A stretch of 61,869 nt of DNA, filler included. It is 5 parts of 5 records of this genome, joined end to end, with 100 filler letters (N's around TTAATTAATTAA, not from the genome) between each part and the next. Parts side by side here need not be neighbours in the genome. Positions count along the whole stretch, not along the records: positions 1 to 25,626 come from SRR2962707_1027; positions 25,727 to 32,955 come from SRR2962707_1028; 3 more parts are not named here. The stretch is one strand, 5' to 3'. Each line of letters opens with the position of its first letter. Position 1 is the first letter of the stretch. The position numbers and the translations under genes are program-made. Under the pieces are notes generated by a model, which was given only the letters and a program-made list of their open reading frames with translations, had not been told where the DNA came from and did no database searches. Shown in pieces: positions 17,996-28,700 of the stretch.

Positions 17996-18209
17996 TAAAA
18001 GTCCGCCGGAAGATGTAGACGGCATGATAAACTGCCCGCACCAAGTCAACATCTCGTGAGGCGAACTTTCAAATTCTTGTGGACAGCGCAGGGATTTCGT
18101 CAAAGCGAATAATATTGAAGCTCTTCTATGAGCTCTACCCGCTTCTGCAACGTGCCCTGAGGTATCTGCCCACAGCGGGCGGTCATGCTGGACTTGCAGT
18201 GGCCCACTG

Positions 18210-18275
18210 GGTGACAAAAATGCAGTCACAAAAGGTGACAAAATCGACCGATTGTGACGGTCTAAGTTATTGATT
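18210..18275. promoter_or_regulatory. Right-end arm-type sites and IHF-like site
   Basis: GGTGACAAAA x2 plus GTCACAAAA; minus-strand AATCAATAACTTA fits IHF consensus WATCAANNNNTTR. Confidence 0.6.
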
Positions 18276-18293
18276 TTATTGGAAGTTGCCGTT

Positions 18294-18317
18294 TCCCTTC
18301 CTCTCCGCCATCCACCC
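18294..18317 (+). repeat. attR core (duplicated tRNA 3' end)
   Basis: Identical to 13-36. Confidence 0.92.
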
Positions 18318-18380
18318 ATCTTTTGCACGACGAGCGCAGCACGTGGCCGGCCAAGGCGCGCTCGCTAATGCGGCGTGTTG

Positions 18381-19211
18381 CTAGAACGCAAAGCGGCGCG
18401 CAAGGCCCAGGCCCGCGGTGAATTGATGTTGGCTGCCCGATGTAACGATCGGCGAGGCCAGAGCATCACCGACAAAGCCGGAATAGGACCCCTTGGCGCT
18501 CAGGAAGGTGTCCGGGACTATTTCATAGCGAGCGGCCAGTTGCACACCGACTGATTTGACGCCGCCATTCGGGTTGTACGCGCCAAGACGTCCTCCGGTT
18601 GCGGCCGCTTCGCCTGCCGTTACGCCAAAATAGGTGTCCATGTAGTTTTCGGAAGCAAAGCTGATCAACGGGCCGCCGACAACTTCCAACTGCGGTGTCA
18701 GCTTCGCGGTGATGTCCACACCCGCTTCGCCAATGAACCCCTCTGCGCCGCCAACAGCATATCGCGCCGCCCCGTAGAGTTCACCGCGGAGCACGTCGTT
18801 CAATACCAGTTCATAGCCGATCCGCGCGCCCAAGGCATAAGTCGCCTCAACGTCATTCAGGCCCACCAAAGCGGTGTGCTCGGCGCTCACGCGCTTGCTG
18901 GCAATCGAAAAGGACGGTGCAAAACTCAAGCCGCCGACGTCCTCACGCCCACCGATATCGATCAGGCCCGGAATACGAAACCGCTCGACCTCGATGATCG
19001 GACTAAAGGCCATTCCATATTCGGCTGCGCCCTCGTAGACCGGCGCTGTGCCGATGCCGACGCCAAGGACGAAAGCGAAATCTGAAGCGGGTTGGATCGC
19101 CACCAGATCCGGCGCAGCGCCGCCATAGCGATCGAATTCCGCGGCACCGACTGAAGTCGACAGGACAGCGAAAACAGCTGCGTTGGCAACGAGGCTTACT
19201 GGAATGCGCAT
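18381..19211 (-). CDS. MipA/OmpV family outer membrane protein
   Basis: Signal peptide, LGVGIGTAPVYEGA, YMDTYFGV, SPIV, C-terminal F. Confidence 0.82.
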   Translation of the reverse strand: MRIPVSLVANAAVFAVLSTSVGAAEFDRYGGAAPDLVAIQPASDFAFVLGVGIGTAPVYEGAAEYGMAFSPIIEVERFRIPGLIDIGGREDVGGLSFAPSFSIASKRVSAEHTALVGLNDVEATYALGARIGYELVLNDVLRGELYGAARYAVGGAEGFIGEAGVDITAKLTPQLEVVGGPLISFASENYMDTYFGVTAGEAAATGGRLGAYNPNGGVKSVGVQLAARYEIVPDTFLSAKGSYSGFVGDALASPIVTSGSQHQFTAGLGLARRFAF

Positions 19212-19496
19212 GGAGACTCCGCGGGCTGTGGGGGCCCCATTCCACCAATCAGGATTGCCCTGCGAAATGCATAGACAATGACATTTTGCACGACCGTCCG
19301 GGGAGACTTGCATGCTCAGGCATGTGGCGCCCCGTGCATTTGTAGGGGGCATGCGTTGTGCGGACAATGCACTGATTTCTGATACTTGTTACGCCGCCAT
19401 GCGCGTTCCGGATCAATCCCTGTCTGCGTCAATCAGGAAGTGTCGTGGAATCCGCTAAACTGTCCGGTCAGACAGGGTGGGTCGCGACTTGGCCGT

Positions 19497-20402
19497 TCAG
19501 GACAACTTGGCGCCGAGGGTTTTCAGAGCGGGACGCAGTTGGCCGTTGTGCAACTCAAGCAATCGGCGTGCTGCCTCTATACCATCAGCGCCGGCCGCGA
19601 GCACGATTGCGGGTTTCACCGCGCCATCTGCGAGCGCAAGCCAGTGCGCCGCTTGCGCGTCGGTCACCCCGGTGACGTCCATCACAATGCGTCGGGCGCG
19701 GTCGCGCAGTTTGGCATTATCCGCGACCACATTGACCATGTAGCCGTCATGCACATGACCCAGATGCACAGCAACCATGGTCGAGAACATGTTGAGTGCA
19801 ATCTTCTGCGCCGTGCCCGCGCCCATGCGGGTCGATCCGGCAATCACTTCGGGGGGCGTGCTCAGGCATATGGCAACGTCGACACGGTCAAACAGAGCAG
19901 CGCCGGCATTATTGGCAATGCCGATGGTGCGCGCCCCGGCCTGACGTGCGGCTTCTGCCGCGGCCATAGGGTAAGGGGTATAACCGCTGGCGGTCAGGGC
20001 GATCAGGCAATCATGGGCTCCGACCCCTGCCTTCGCAATGCCTTGGCGCGCGGCATCTGCATCATCCTCGGGCCCGCCTGGCATATCGGGCAGGGCGTCA
20101 ATGCCCCCGGCAAACAGGATAACGATGCGGTCGCGGTCAATGCCAAACGTGCCGGGCAACTCAACGGCGTCGGCCATCGCCATCAGGCCCGAACTGCCTG
20201 CTGCAGCATAGATCAGTCGCCCGCCGGCGTTCAGACTGTCGGCCGCCATTCTCGCAGCCGCCGCAATCTCGTGCACGGCGTCCTGGGTCGCAGTGGCTGC
20301 TGCTACCTGCGCCGCGGCGAGAATCGATAATGCGTCGCTGGCGTCGCGGGTGTCGAAGCCCTTCGCGCTCGCATGCGTCATCTCGGTTTGCGGTGCACTC
20401 AT
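19497..20402 (-). CDS. murQ: N-acetylmuramic acid 6-phosphate etherase-like SIS protein
   Basis: GGRLIYAAAGSSG, ASGYTPY, PEVIAGSTRMGAGTAQK, YMVNV..N.KL. Confidence 0.85.
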   Translation of the reverse strand: MSAPQTEMTHASAKGFDTRDASDALSILAAAQVAAATATQDAVHEIAAAARMAADSLNAGGRLIYAAAGSSGLMAMADAVELPGTFGIDRDRIVILFAGGIDALPDMPGGPEDDADAARQGIAKAGVGAHDCLIALTASGYTPYPMAAAEAARQAGARTIGIANNAGAALFDRVDVAICLSTPPEVIAGSTRMGAGTAQKIALNMFSTMVAVHLGHVHDGYMVNVVADNAKLRDRARRIVMDVTGVTDAQAAHWLALADGAVKPAIVLAAGADGIEAARRLLELHNGQLRPALKTLGAKLS

Positions 20403-20424
20403 GTCAGTCTCCAGTTGACGTGAT

Positions 20425-20578
20425 AATGCCAAAAAAATACCACTTGTCCACATAGCGTTCCCGCTGGGAGTGCCATTGCCAGCGCAATTGCAGCCGAAAG
20501 GCCAATTGCTTCAGGACGTCCCAGTAATTTTCCAGCAATTCCGCATTGCCTGTTGGAAAATGGTATTTTATTGGTATT
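20425..20578. promoter_or_regulatory. Putative NagQ-type operator repeats in the divergent promoter
   Basis: TGGTATT at 20561 and 20572; minus-strand TGGTATT/TGGCATT at 20436-20442 and 20425-20431. Confidence 0.6.
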
Positions 20579-20665
20579 GTTACGGCGCTCGGTCTGCACT
20601 AGTCAAAGTTGCGCGGGATCAGTGTTATGCAATGTCGCGCAATGCGCCAACGGGTGAGGGGATAA

Positions 20666-21454
20666 GTGACAGATTTGTCGAACGGTTTCTTTGCCGATGG
20701 TCCGGTGGCGCTGCCCAGCGGGGGACCGCTCTATCTGCAACTCAAGCGCTGGATTGAGGATGCGATCCATCGCGGGGACATCAATCCCGGCGATGCTTTG
20801 CCTTCCGAACGTGACCTCGCTGCCAAGGTCGACGTGTCCCGCGTCACCGTGCGTAAAGCCGTGCTGCAATTGGTGCAGGACGGTGTGCTGGTGCAGCGCC
20901 ATGGTTCGGGCACCTTCGTTGCGCCGCCAACCCAGCGCGTCGAGCAGTCGCTGTCCCAGCTGACCTCGTTTACCGAAGACATGGCGCGGCGTGGCATGGA
21001 AGTGCACGCGCAATGGCTGGAACGGGGGCTCTACCTGCCATCGCCCGAAGAAACCATCATTCTGGGGCTGTCATCTGGCGACCAGGTGGCGCGAATCTCT
21101 CGGCTGCGGCTCACCGGGGAAACCCCATTGGCAATCGAGCGTGCCAGTCTGTCGGCGCGGGTGCTGCCCGACCCCACAGCCATTGGCAATTCGCTCTACA
21201 AGCATCTCGACAAAACCGGCAACCGGCCTATTCGTGCCATCCAGCGCATTCGGGCTGCCAATCTTGATGAAGAGAATGCCCACCTGCTGCAGGTGCCGGT
21301 CGGCTCCGCCGGCCTGAATATTGAGCGCACCTCTTATCTCGCCTCCGGGCGCGTCATCGAATTCACCCGCTCCATTTATCGGGGCGACACCTATGACTTT
21401 GTTGCCGAACTGCGGATCGGTGATTCCCCCAGCAATGGAGGCAATAAGCCGTGA
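20666..21454 (+). CDS. GntR/HutC-family regulator of GlcNAc use (NagQ-like)
   Basis: LPSERDLA..VSRVTVRKA, GSGTFV, UTRA domain. Confidence 0.9.
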   Translation: MTDLSNGFFADGPVALPSGGPLYLQLKRWIEDAIHRGDINPGDALPSERDLAAKVDVSRVTVRKAVLQLVQDGVLVQRHGSGTFVAPPTQRVEQSLSQLTSFTEDMARRGMEVHAQWLERGLYLPSPEETIILGLSSGDQVARISRLRLTGETPLAIERASLSARVLPDPTAIGNSLYKHLDKTGNRPIRAIQRIRAANLDEENAHLLQVPVGSAGLNIERTSYLASGRVIEFTRSIYRGDTYDFVAELRIGDSPSNGGNKP

Positions 21455-22485
21455 CCATGCCTGATCAGACCCATATGCGCCGCGAAATCTCGGAAATTCC
21501 CGGCGTCGTCGCCAACTTCCTCGACAAGAGTGGCCCGGTGCTCGATGCAGCTGCTGCTGCCCTGCGCCAACGCGACCCTTCGCTGGTTGCCACGGTGGCG
21601 CGCGGATCTTCCGATCACGCTTCGGCCTATCTCAAATACGCCATTGAACTGACGCTGGGCCTCCCGGTTGCCTCTATCGGTCCCTCGATTGCATCGATCT
21701 ATGGCAAGGATCTCAAACTGGCCAACAGTGCTGCCATCGCCATTTCCCAATCTGGCAAATCGCCTGACATCGTGGGTATGGCAGAGTCGGCGCGCCGCTC
21801 GGGCGCTATCTCCATTGCCATTACCAATACGGCCGGCTCGCCCCTCGCAGCCGCTTCCGACTTCACCATCGATCTGCATGCCGGTGTCGAACAGAGTGTG
21901 GCCGCCACCAAGACCTTCGTAACGTCGGTGGTAGCCGGCCTGGCGCTGATTGCACGCTGGAGCGGCGATACAACCTTGAACGCAGCCGTCAACGAGCTGC
22001 CCGAGGCGCTCTCGCGGGCCGTCTCCTGCGACTGGTCCGGCATGGCTTCGGCGCTCGACGGACACAATGCTCTCTATGTCCTGGGCCGTGGCCCCGGATT
22101 TGCTATCGCCAATGAGGCCGCACTGAAATTCAAGGAGACCTGCAACATCCAGGCCGAATCCTACAGTGCTGCTGAAGTGATGCATGGTCCTGTCGCGATC
22201 GTTAAACCGGGCTATCCCGTATTGGGGCTTGCCGCGCGCGATGCAGCCGAAGGCTCGGTCGTTGACATGACACACAAGCTGGCCGGGCAGGGTGCGCTGG
22301 CCTTCCTCACCAGCGACCGCCCGGGCCAAGCGCGCCCATTGCCGTTCGCGGCGACAGGGCACCCCATCACCGATCCGCTGGCGTTGATTGTCTCTTTCTA
22401 TGGCTTTGTCGAAGCGCTTTCGCGCCATCGCGGCTTCAATCCCGATCTGCCCGTAGCGCTCAACAAGGTCACCGAGACGGTATGA
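21451..22485 (+). CDS. SIS-domain glucosamine-6-phosphate deaminase (NagB-II type)
   Basis: ARGSSDHA, SQSGKSPD, VAATKT, EAALKFKE, HGP, LNKVTET. Confidence 0.88.
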   Translation: MTMPDQTHMRREISEIPGVVANFLDKSGPVLDAAAAALRQRDPSLVATVARGSSDHASAYLKYAIELTLGLPVASIGPSIASIYGKDLKLANSAAIAISQSGKSPDIVGMAESARRSGAISIAITNTAGSPLAAASDFTIDLHAGVEQSVAATKTFVTSVVAGLALIARWSGDTTLNAAVNELPEALSRAVSCDWSGMASALDGHNALYVLGRGPGFAIANEAALKFKETCNIQAESYSAAEVMHGPVAIVKPGYPVLGLAARDAAEGSVVDMTHKLAGQGALAFLTSDRPGQARPLPFAATGHPITDPLALIVSFYGFVEALSRHRGFNPDLPVALNKVTETV

Positions 22486-23642
22486 GCGACCTTCTGGCAA
22501 TTGCCGGGGTGCCCATTTTTGACGGGCAGGCCTGGCACAAGGACGCAGCGCTGCTGATTGAGTTTGGTATGGTGTCCGCGATCGTCCCAAGCGGCGATGT
22601 CCCTGCGCGCGCCGAGCGGGTCCACCTCGACGGCGGCAGCATCGTGCCTGGCTTCGTTGACCTCCAGGTCAATGGCGGCGGTGGCGTGTTGTTCAACAAT
22701 GATCCGTCTGTCGGCGCTATTCGCACGATCTGCGCGGCTCATGCGCGGTTCGGCACCACAGCGCTTTTGCCGACGCTGATTACCGATACGGTGGCGATCA
22801 ACATCGCCGCCATTGCTGCAGGCCATGCTGCGGCGCAGCAAGCAGTGCCCGGTTTTCTCGGTTTGCACCTTGAGGGACCGCATCTGTCACTGGCGCGCAA
22901 GGGGACCCACGATCCTGCCTTGATCCGACCCATGGATGACAGCGATCTGGCGCGCCTGGTCGCCGCAGCAACCGATTTGCCCAACCTGTTGCTGACCGTC
23001 GCTGCAGAGACGGTAACGCCGCAACAGATCACGACCTTGGCCCGAGCGGGCATTACCGTCAGTCTCGGCCATTCAGATGCCAGCTTTGCCGATGCGTCCG
23101 CCGCTTACGCAGCCGGCGCCTCCATGGCGACGCACCTGTTCAATGCGATGAGCCAGTTGGGCAATCGCGAACCTGGCATGGTGGGCGCCTTGCTGAGCAC
23201 CCCGGGAGCGCATGCGGGCCTGATCGCTGACGGTATTCACGTTCACCCTGCTGCGATCGAACTCGCCTTGCGCGCCAAAACAGGACCCGGACATATCTTT
23301 TTGGTGACCGACGCCATGTCGCAAACCGGGACGGAGTTGACCGAACTCACCCTTAATGGCCGCACTATTACGCGGGCCAATGGTGCCCTGCGGCTGGCTG
23401 ACGGTACATTGGCAGGCGCCGACCTCGATATGATCGACGCGGTCGAGTTCATGCATACCAGGATCGGTTTGCCGTTCGAAGAAGCCCTGCGTATGGCATC
23501 ACTTTATCCAGCACGGGCCTTGGGCGTTGAAGGTGACCACGGCCATCTTTCCCCTGGGGCGATCGCCAACTTCGTTCATCTTTCCCATAGCAGGAAAGTC
23601 CAGGCGACCTGGATCGCAGGCACCGAAGCTTACCGCGCCTGA
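22482..23642 (+). CDS. nagA: N-acetylglucosamine-6-phosphate deacetylase
   Basis: PGFVDLQVNG, HLEGP, THLFNAM, DGIHV, LVTDAM, GTLAG. Confidence 0.93.
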   Translation: MSDLLAIAGVPIFDGQAWHKDAALLIEFGMVSAIVPSGDVPARAERVHLDGGSIVPGFVDLQVNGGGGVLFNNDPSVGAIRTICAAHARFGTTALLPTLITDTVAINIAAIAAGHAAAQQAVPGFLGLHLEGPHLSLARKGTHDPALIRPMDDSDLARLVAAATDLPNLLLTVAAETVTPQQITTLARAGITVSLGHSDASFADASAAYAAGASMATHLFNAMSQLGNREPGMVGALLSTPGAHAGLIADGIHVHPAAIELALRAKTGPGHIFLVTDAMSQTGTELTELTLNGRTITRANGALRLADGTLAGADLDMIDAVEFMHTRIGLPFEEALRMASLYPARALGVEGDHGHLSPGAIANFVHLSHSRKVQATWIAGTEAYRA

Positions 23643-23751
23643 CGTGATTACACTGTCTCGCCGCAGGATTTGAGGGTTCAGGTCACACGCAATTTACGTG
23701 TCCGCCCTATTGTCCTGGCGCTCCCTCGCATGCGCTTGATAGGGCTCAGCA

Positions 23752-24558
23752 GTGTTTCAGATTATTCGGATCAGTATCCTGACGGCCATCCTTATCGGCC
23801 TCGTCGTGTCTGTGCCTTCGCTGAACAAGCCCGCCATGCGCGCAATACAGGACGTCGGGGATCTTTTTGACGCGCGGCCTGAACGCCAAATTCTGTTCGT
23901 GGGCAACAGCCGTACCTATTTCAACGACATGCCTGCAATGGTCCGCAGCATGGCCGACTCTGCGAACGCACCTGAGAAATATCGTATCCAGATGCATGCA
24001 CCGGCTGGCAGGGCTTTGGCGGATCATTGGGCAAATCCGCAAGTGCATGATTTGCTGGCGCAGCAATGGCACCACGTCGTGATTCAGGCTCAGAGTGGGG
24101 AACAATATGATCGATCACTGTCAGCGCAGATGCTGGGTACCGCCAGAAAGCTGATCAGTGAAGCCAGGCTGGGTGGCGCCGCGCCCGCGATGTTTGTGAC
24201 ATGGCGGTATACGACCGACTGCCCTGAAGCGGCTGGATCTGACACCACCGGATATCGCCAAATGCATGCCAACATTCAGGCCATGCACCGGCAACTCAAT
24301 CGTGAGACCGGCGTCGACCTGGTCAATGTCGGTCGCGTTTGGGAGGTCATTCTCAAATACTCTGCGGAGATCCCACTCTACCTCGACTGCAACCACCCCT
24401 CCATATACGGCAGTTACCTATCCGCTCTGGCGTTCTACGACTACTTCTCGGGTGGCGACGTATTGGCTGTGACCTACGTGCCCGATGGCATGCCGCAAGA
24501 CCAGGCCAAATTGCTGCGCGAGGCGGTCTCAAGGTATTCCAGCGCCGCAGCGCAATGA
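23752..24558 (+). CDS. SGNH/GDSL-like hydrolase
   Basis: ILFVGNSRTY, DCNHPSIYGSYL. Confidence 0.7.
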   Translation: MFQIIRISILTAILIGLVVSVPSLNKPAMRAIQDVGDLFDARPERQILFVGNSRTYFNDMPAMVRSMADSANAPEKYRIQMHAPAGRALADHWANPQVHDLLAQQWHHVVIQAQSGEQYDRSLSAQMLGTARKLISEARLGGAAPAMFVTWRYTTDCPEAAGSDTTGYRQMHANIQAMHRQLNRETGVDLVNVGRVWEVILKYSAEIPLYLDCNHPSIYGSYLSALAFYDYFSGGDVLAVTYVPDGMPQDQAKLLREAVSRYSSAAAQ

Positions 24559-24567
24559 CCCCTGTCC

Positions 24568-25311
24568 TCACCCGCGGCCGATATAGGGCATGTTGGTGGC
24601 CATCACGGTCATGAACTGAACATTCGCGCTCAGGGGAAGCGCAGACATATAGAGCAGGGCGTCCACCACGTGCTGAACATCAAATGTCGGCTCGGGTGCC
24701 ATTGTGCCGTTGGCCTGTAAGGATCCGCTATTCATTGTGCTGGTCATGTCGGTGGCGGCGTTGCCGATGTCGATCTGCCCGCAAGCGATGCCGAATGCCC
24801 GCCCATCGAGCGCTATCGACTTGGTCAGCCCCGTGATCGCATGCTTGGAGGTTGTATAGGATGCCGCCTGAGGCCGCGGCACATGCGCTGAGATGGAGCC
24901 ATTGTTGATGATGCGCCCACCCTGGGGTGTCTGATCGCGCATGATCCGGAAGGCTTCGCGCGCAACATAGAAGGCACCGTTGAGATTGGTATTGATCATC
25001 TCTTGCCACGTCTGCACGTCCAGATCGCCAAACGACGTGGCTGGTGCAAAGCGACCGGCATTGTTGAACACCACGTCGACACGCCCGTACCGCTCGTGCA
25101 CGCCGCCGAAAAATGCAGCGACCGCATCGGGGTCGCCGACATCGCACGCGCCGGCATAACCACCAATTGCCTCGCGCACTGGCTCAAGTGCATCGCGCCG
25201 GCGTCCACATATGGCAACTTCATAGCCCTTTGTAGCGAAACCGAGTGCTGCCGCTTTGCCAATGCCCGATCCGCCGCCGGTTATAACGGCTACCTTCTTG
25301 TCCTGATTCAT
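24568..25311 (-). CDS. SDR family oxidoreductase
   Basis: [17 protein letters not shown]. Confidence 0.9.
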   Translation of the reverse strand: MNQDKKVAVITGGGSGIGKAAALGFATKGYEVAICGRRRDALEPVREAIGGYAGACDVGDPDAVAAFFGGVHERYGRVDVVFNNAGRFAPATSFGDLDVQTWQEMINTNLNGAFYVAREAFRIMRDQTPQGGRIINNGSISAHVPRPQAASYTTSKHAITGLTKSIALDGRAFGIACGQIDIGNAATDMTSTMNSGSLQANGTMAPEPTFDVQHVVDALLYMSALPLSANVQFMTVMATNMPYIGRG

Positions 25312-25626
25312 GGTCCCCCCAATTGTGGTGGCGCCGACCGTTTCGCCACGTCTGCTGCCGATTCCGCGCACATTGCCGCCACATAAGCGGACCGCGCCCT
25401 CGGTCCATTTGATGCCCCTAAATGCGACTTCGCGCCAGTCACCTCGCGTCAAAGCCCAGCAAAACCGCCAATTTTAACGCTTCGTTCAGTCCGGTTAACA
25501 GTTGGTTTCCAAGTGTGTGCTGAATCTGCAACATCCAGATCGCAACCACCCTGTGCGGCCGCAAAACGGCCTTTGCGTGATTGCGTCGGCCTTCGCCATG
25601 CGTAGAGTGGGTCTTGCGAATCCATG

Positions 25627-25726
25627 NNNNNNNNNNNNNNNNNNNNNNNNNNNNNNNNNNNNNNNNNNNNTTAATTAATTAANNNNNNNNNNNNNNNNNN
25701 NNNNNNNNNNNNNNNNNNNNNNNNNN
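25627..25726. other. Artificial contig linker
   Basis: N-run, TTAATTAATTAA, N-run. Confidence 0.98.
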
Positions 25727-28700
25727 CGTTGTCGTCGTTGTTGTTGTCGTTGTTGTAGTTGTTGTAGTTGTCGTCGTGGTGGTTATACATAGCCGATTAT
25801 ACGCACTGTATGTCAAAAAATTTGGATTTGAGTCAACCGCGATGTCTTCGAAACAAAATCGGTACTTCGAGTTGGCTGCATCAGTGGTCGTTGTCAACTG
25901 CGCGTTGTGAAAGAGTACAGCGTAACAAATGCCGCTGGGCTCACTTAGTGCACTTGAAACACACAAATCTTTAGCTGCTTGCAAATCGGCTAAGCCATTT
26001 GATTGGACCTGATTCGTACACGAGCTATATCGGACAACAGAAACTGACGTGTCGAATTCAAGCGTGCCCGTGCAAGTGGAGAGGTCAGCGAGCTGACGTC
26101 GTGGAGGTATTTCCGTGGCCCGAAGTTCCCGTCGTCGACGTGAAGCCGGGAAAAGCCCCGCGACCCCGACCTGCTTCCGTTGGCACCCAGCAAGTTCAAA
26201 CATTGCTCCAGATTTGGGACATGTGAGGATGGGAGTTCCAGTAAATCCATTGTCTGAATCGCAACTCACGGCAGAAGCGCAGCCCGCAGGCGTACCCGCG
26301 CAGGTCGCGTCGGCAATGACGTAGCCAGGCGGGTAGCAGAATTCCGCTGTCGCACATTCTGATCCGTAGGTTTGCCGATCTGTGCAGTTTGCCCACCCGT
26401 AGGCAAGCCCAAACGACCCATCACAAACGGATTGGTTCGACTCGCAGGAGCAGCAGGGGTAGTCATACGGGATTCCATCAAGGCCGCAAACACATGCTGC
26501 GCTAGAATTGACAAAACCAGCACATTCATTGTTTGCGTTGCAGTCCCATCCAGATTCACCGCAGGTATGGGCCGCAGTGTCGACACATGTAGCCGGGCAA
26601 CAGTCACCGCCATCCCAGCCACACGCAAAGGAGTTGTATGCGTACGTATCACCTGCATCACAGTTTCCGTCACCAACTCTCGATACATTGTACACCCTGC
26701 ACCCCCCGTCTTCATAAAACCCAGCGCACGTGCAGTGACAATCGTAACCTGCATCAATGAGGGCTAGGCACGTGCTCCCACCAACTTGGTCGGAACAATA
26801 GTCCGAGTTTATGGGGTGAATGTCCTCCTCACACTCGCCGCAGCTAACTTCACAGTCTCTGTCAATGGAGTTGGCACGAGCAGAACAAGACTCGCCATTA
26901 GCACTGACGCACAAGCTACACTGCTGCTCGACGGTACCAAAGTAATCGGACACATTTGCACAATAGAATGAAACAGTTGGATCACTTGCAAATACACAGT
27001 CGCCGTGGCTCGAGCATGGAACTCCGCAAAGCTGAGAACTCGGCACTGCCTGAGAACCGTTCACGAGACATACCCACGTGACTGCTCGAGCATTGGCGGT
27101 TGTGCCCTCTGTATTGTGCGGGCAATTTCGAATGAAGAGTTCGTTGACCGGTTCATCGTGAAACGGCATTTCTTGGTATCCCATGATTGTGTACCCGGCA
27201 GAGTTTCGAAAAACAGGTGCATATGCACCGCCATTGTTCAGCGCAGAAGTCACATTTGTTGTCTCGCACATGTTGGGGCTGCAAATTGACTGTGCCGCAA
27301 TTGCGATGCCACCCGTCGTCGAACAGACATATCCAATCTGACTTACGTTCAAATTTTCGTAGTAGCCAGCGCTGCAAACAATTCGCGATGCGTTTACTGG
27401 GTCCCCGTGCGTGAACACAGCCAAGTCGTCATCGGCATACCAGTCCGCACCATCGAACTCATCGTTGAAGCTTGTACACTGCTTGGGTGTGCATACAGTT
27501 CCAGAAGCAGTTGCGACTCCACCAGAGGAACTGCAAGCCCATGTTTGGGTTCCGTCGACTTCGAATCCACTTGGGCATACAACTTGCAGCGAATATTCGT
27601 TGTTGCCGGTGTACAAAGCAGTGCCGTGCACAAAGGATGACGCTGACCCAAGGCTGCCCCCGTTTACTGTGTTTCCCGCTAGAGATGCAGACCCACATAT
27701 GTTCGGCGTGCACAGTGAGCGGCTTGGTTCGGCGACTCCCGCACTAACACCGCATACGACGGTCACGTCGGCATCCCTAGCCTGTGAACCAGTACTGTGG
27801 TAGCCGACTTCACACGATGAAATATCTCCGGGTGCTACAGCGTCGCCATGGGCCACGGGAGTCGTCCCAGTGTACACACCGCCATGGTGAGCAATGGCCC
27901 CGTCCGATGAGTTGAATGAGGCACACGAATTCGGAATGCAATAAGAGTCGTGCGTGACGTTGCACGCGGAAAAAGTGAAACCCGTCGTGCAGTCGGGGTT
28001 GGAGCACGGAGCACATGGGGAACCCTGATTTGCGAAGGTAACTCCATGCTCACACGGAGCGCACAGCTGCCCCGTCGGTGTTGCAGTTCCACCATCGCTT
28101 GGGCAGAGCCATACAACTGATGCGTTGCTCGCAAATCCTGGATCACAGTCCGAAACGTTTGCAGGGTTCACAAACTCGCCGGAGCTCACAAGTATCGGGC
28201 CAGAGTAGGTGCCTCCAAAATCGACTGCCCCACTCACATCCACAGCTGCGCATTGGAACCCAATGCATCGAGCGTCCGCCGCTAGCGTGCAAACGCTCAG
28301 ACTGTAGCCCGCGTCGCAAGAGCTAGTGCATGCTACACAGCTAGCGCCGTCAAGAGAAAAAGTTGAACCATCTACGCATGCCTCACAAAGCGGTGAGTCT
28401 GGGACCGCAGTGCCTCCAGGAATATCGCAAGACCATTTGACATCACTTGCGGGCTGAGTGCCAGCGTTGCACTTAGATATGCCAGTGAGCGAGTCTCCAG
28501 AAGCCACAGGAACTTGCCCGTTCCACTCGCCTCCATTCACTTCGGCAGTGAAAGTATCCACACTCGAACACTCAAACGGGGCACAGAAAGCGTCAGCAGT
28601 GCGGGTGCAGTTCGCTGGATAGAACCCAGAACTACAGCTTCCTGGAATCACGGAACACAGCGAACATCCGAGGCCGTCTGCGGAAAAGCTCGTCGCGTTG

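Larger units (their letters stand above)
13..18317. mobile_element. tRNA-Ser-integrated phage-related element (capsid-forming satellite-like island or minimal prophage), about 18.3 kb
   Basis: Bounded by identical 24-bp direct repeats; integrase at left end; HK97-type head, neck and packaging genes inside. Confidence 0.9.

Noticed and set aside
18026-18328. N-terminal extension of the 278-aa ORF 17492-18328
   Set aside because: Runs through arm sites and across attR; real start more likely 17995 or 18025
25671-25682. TTAATTAATTAA palindrome (4 copies in the window)
   Set aside because: Artificial six-frame-stop linker inside N-runs
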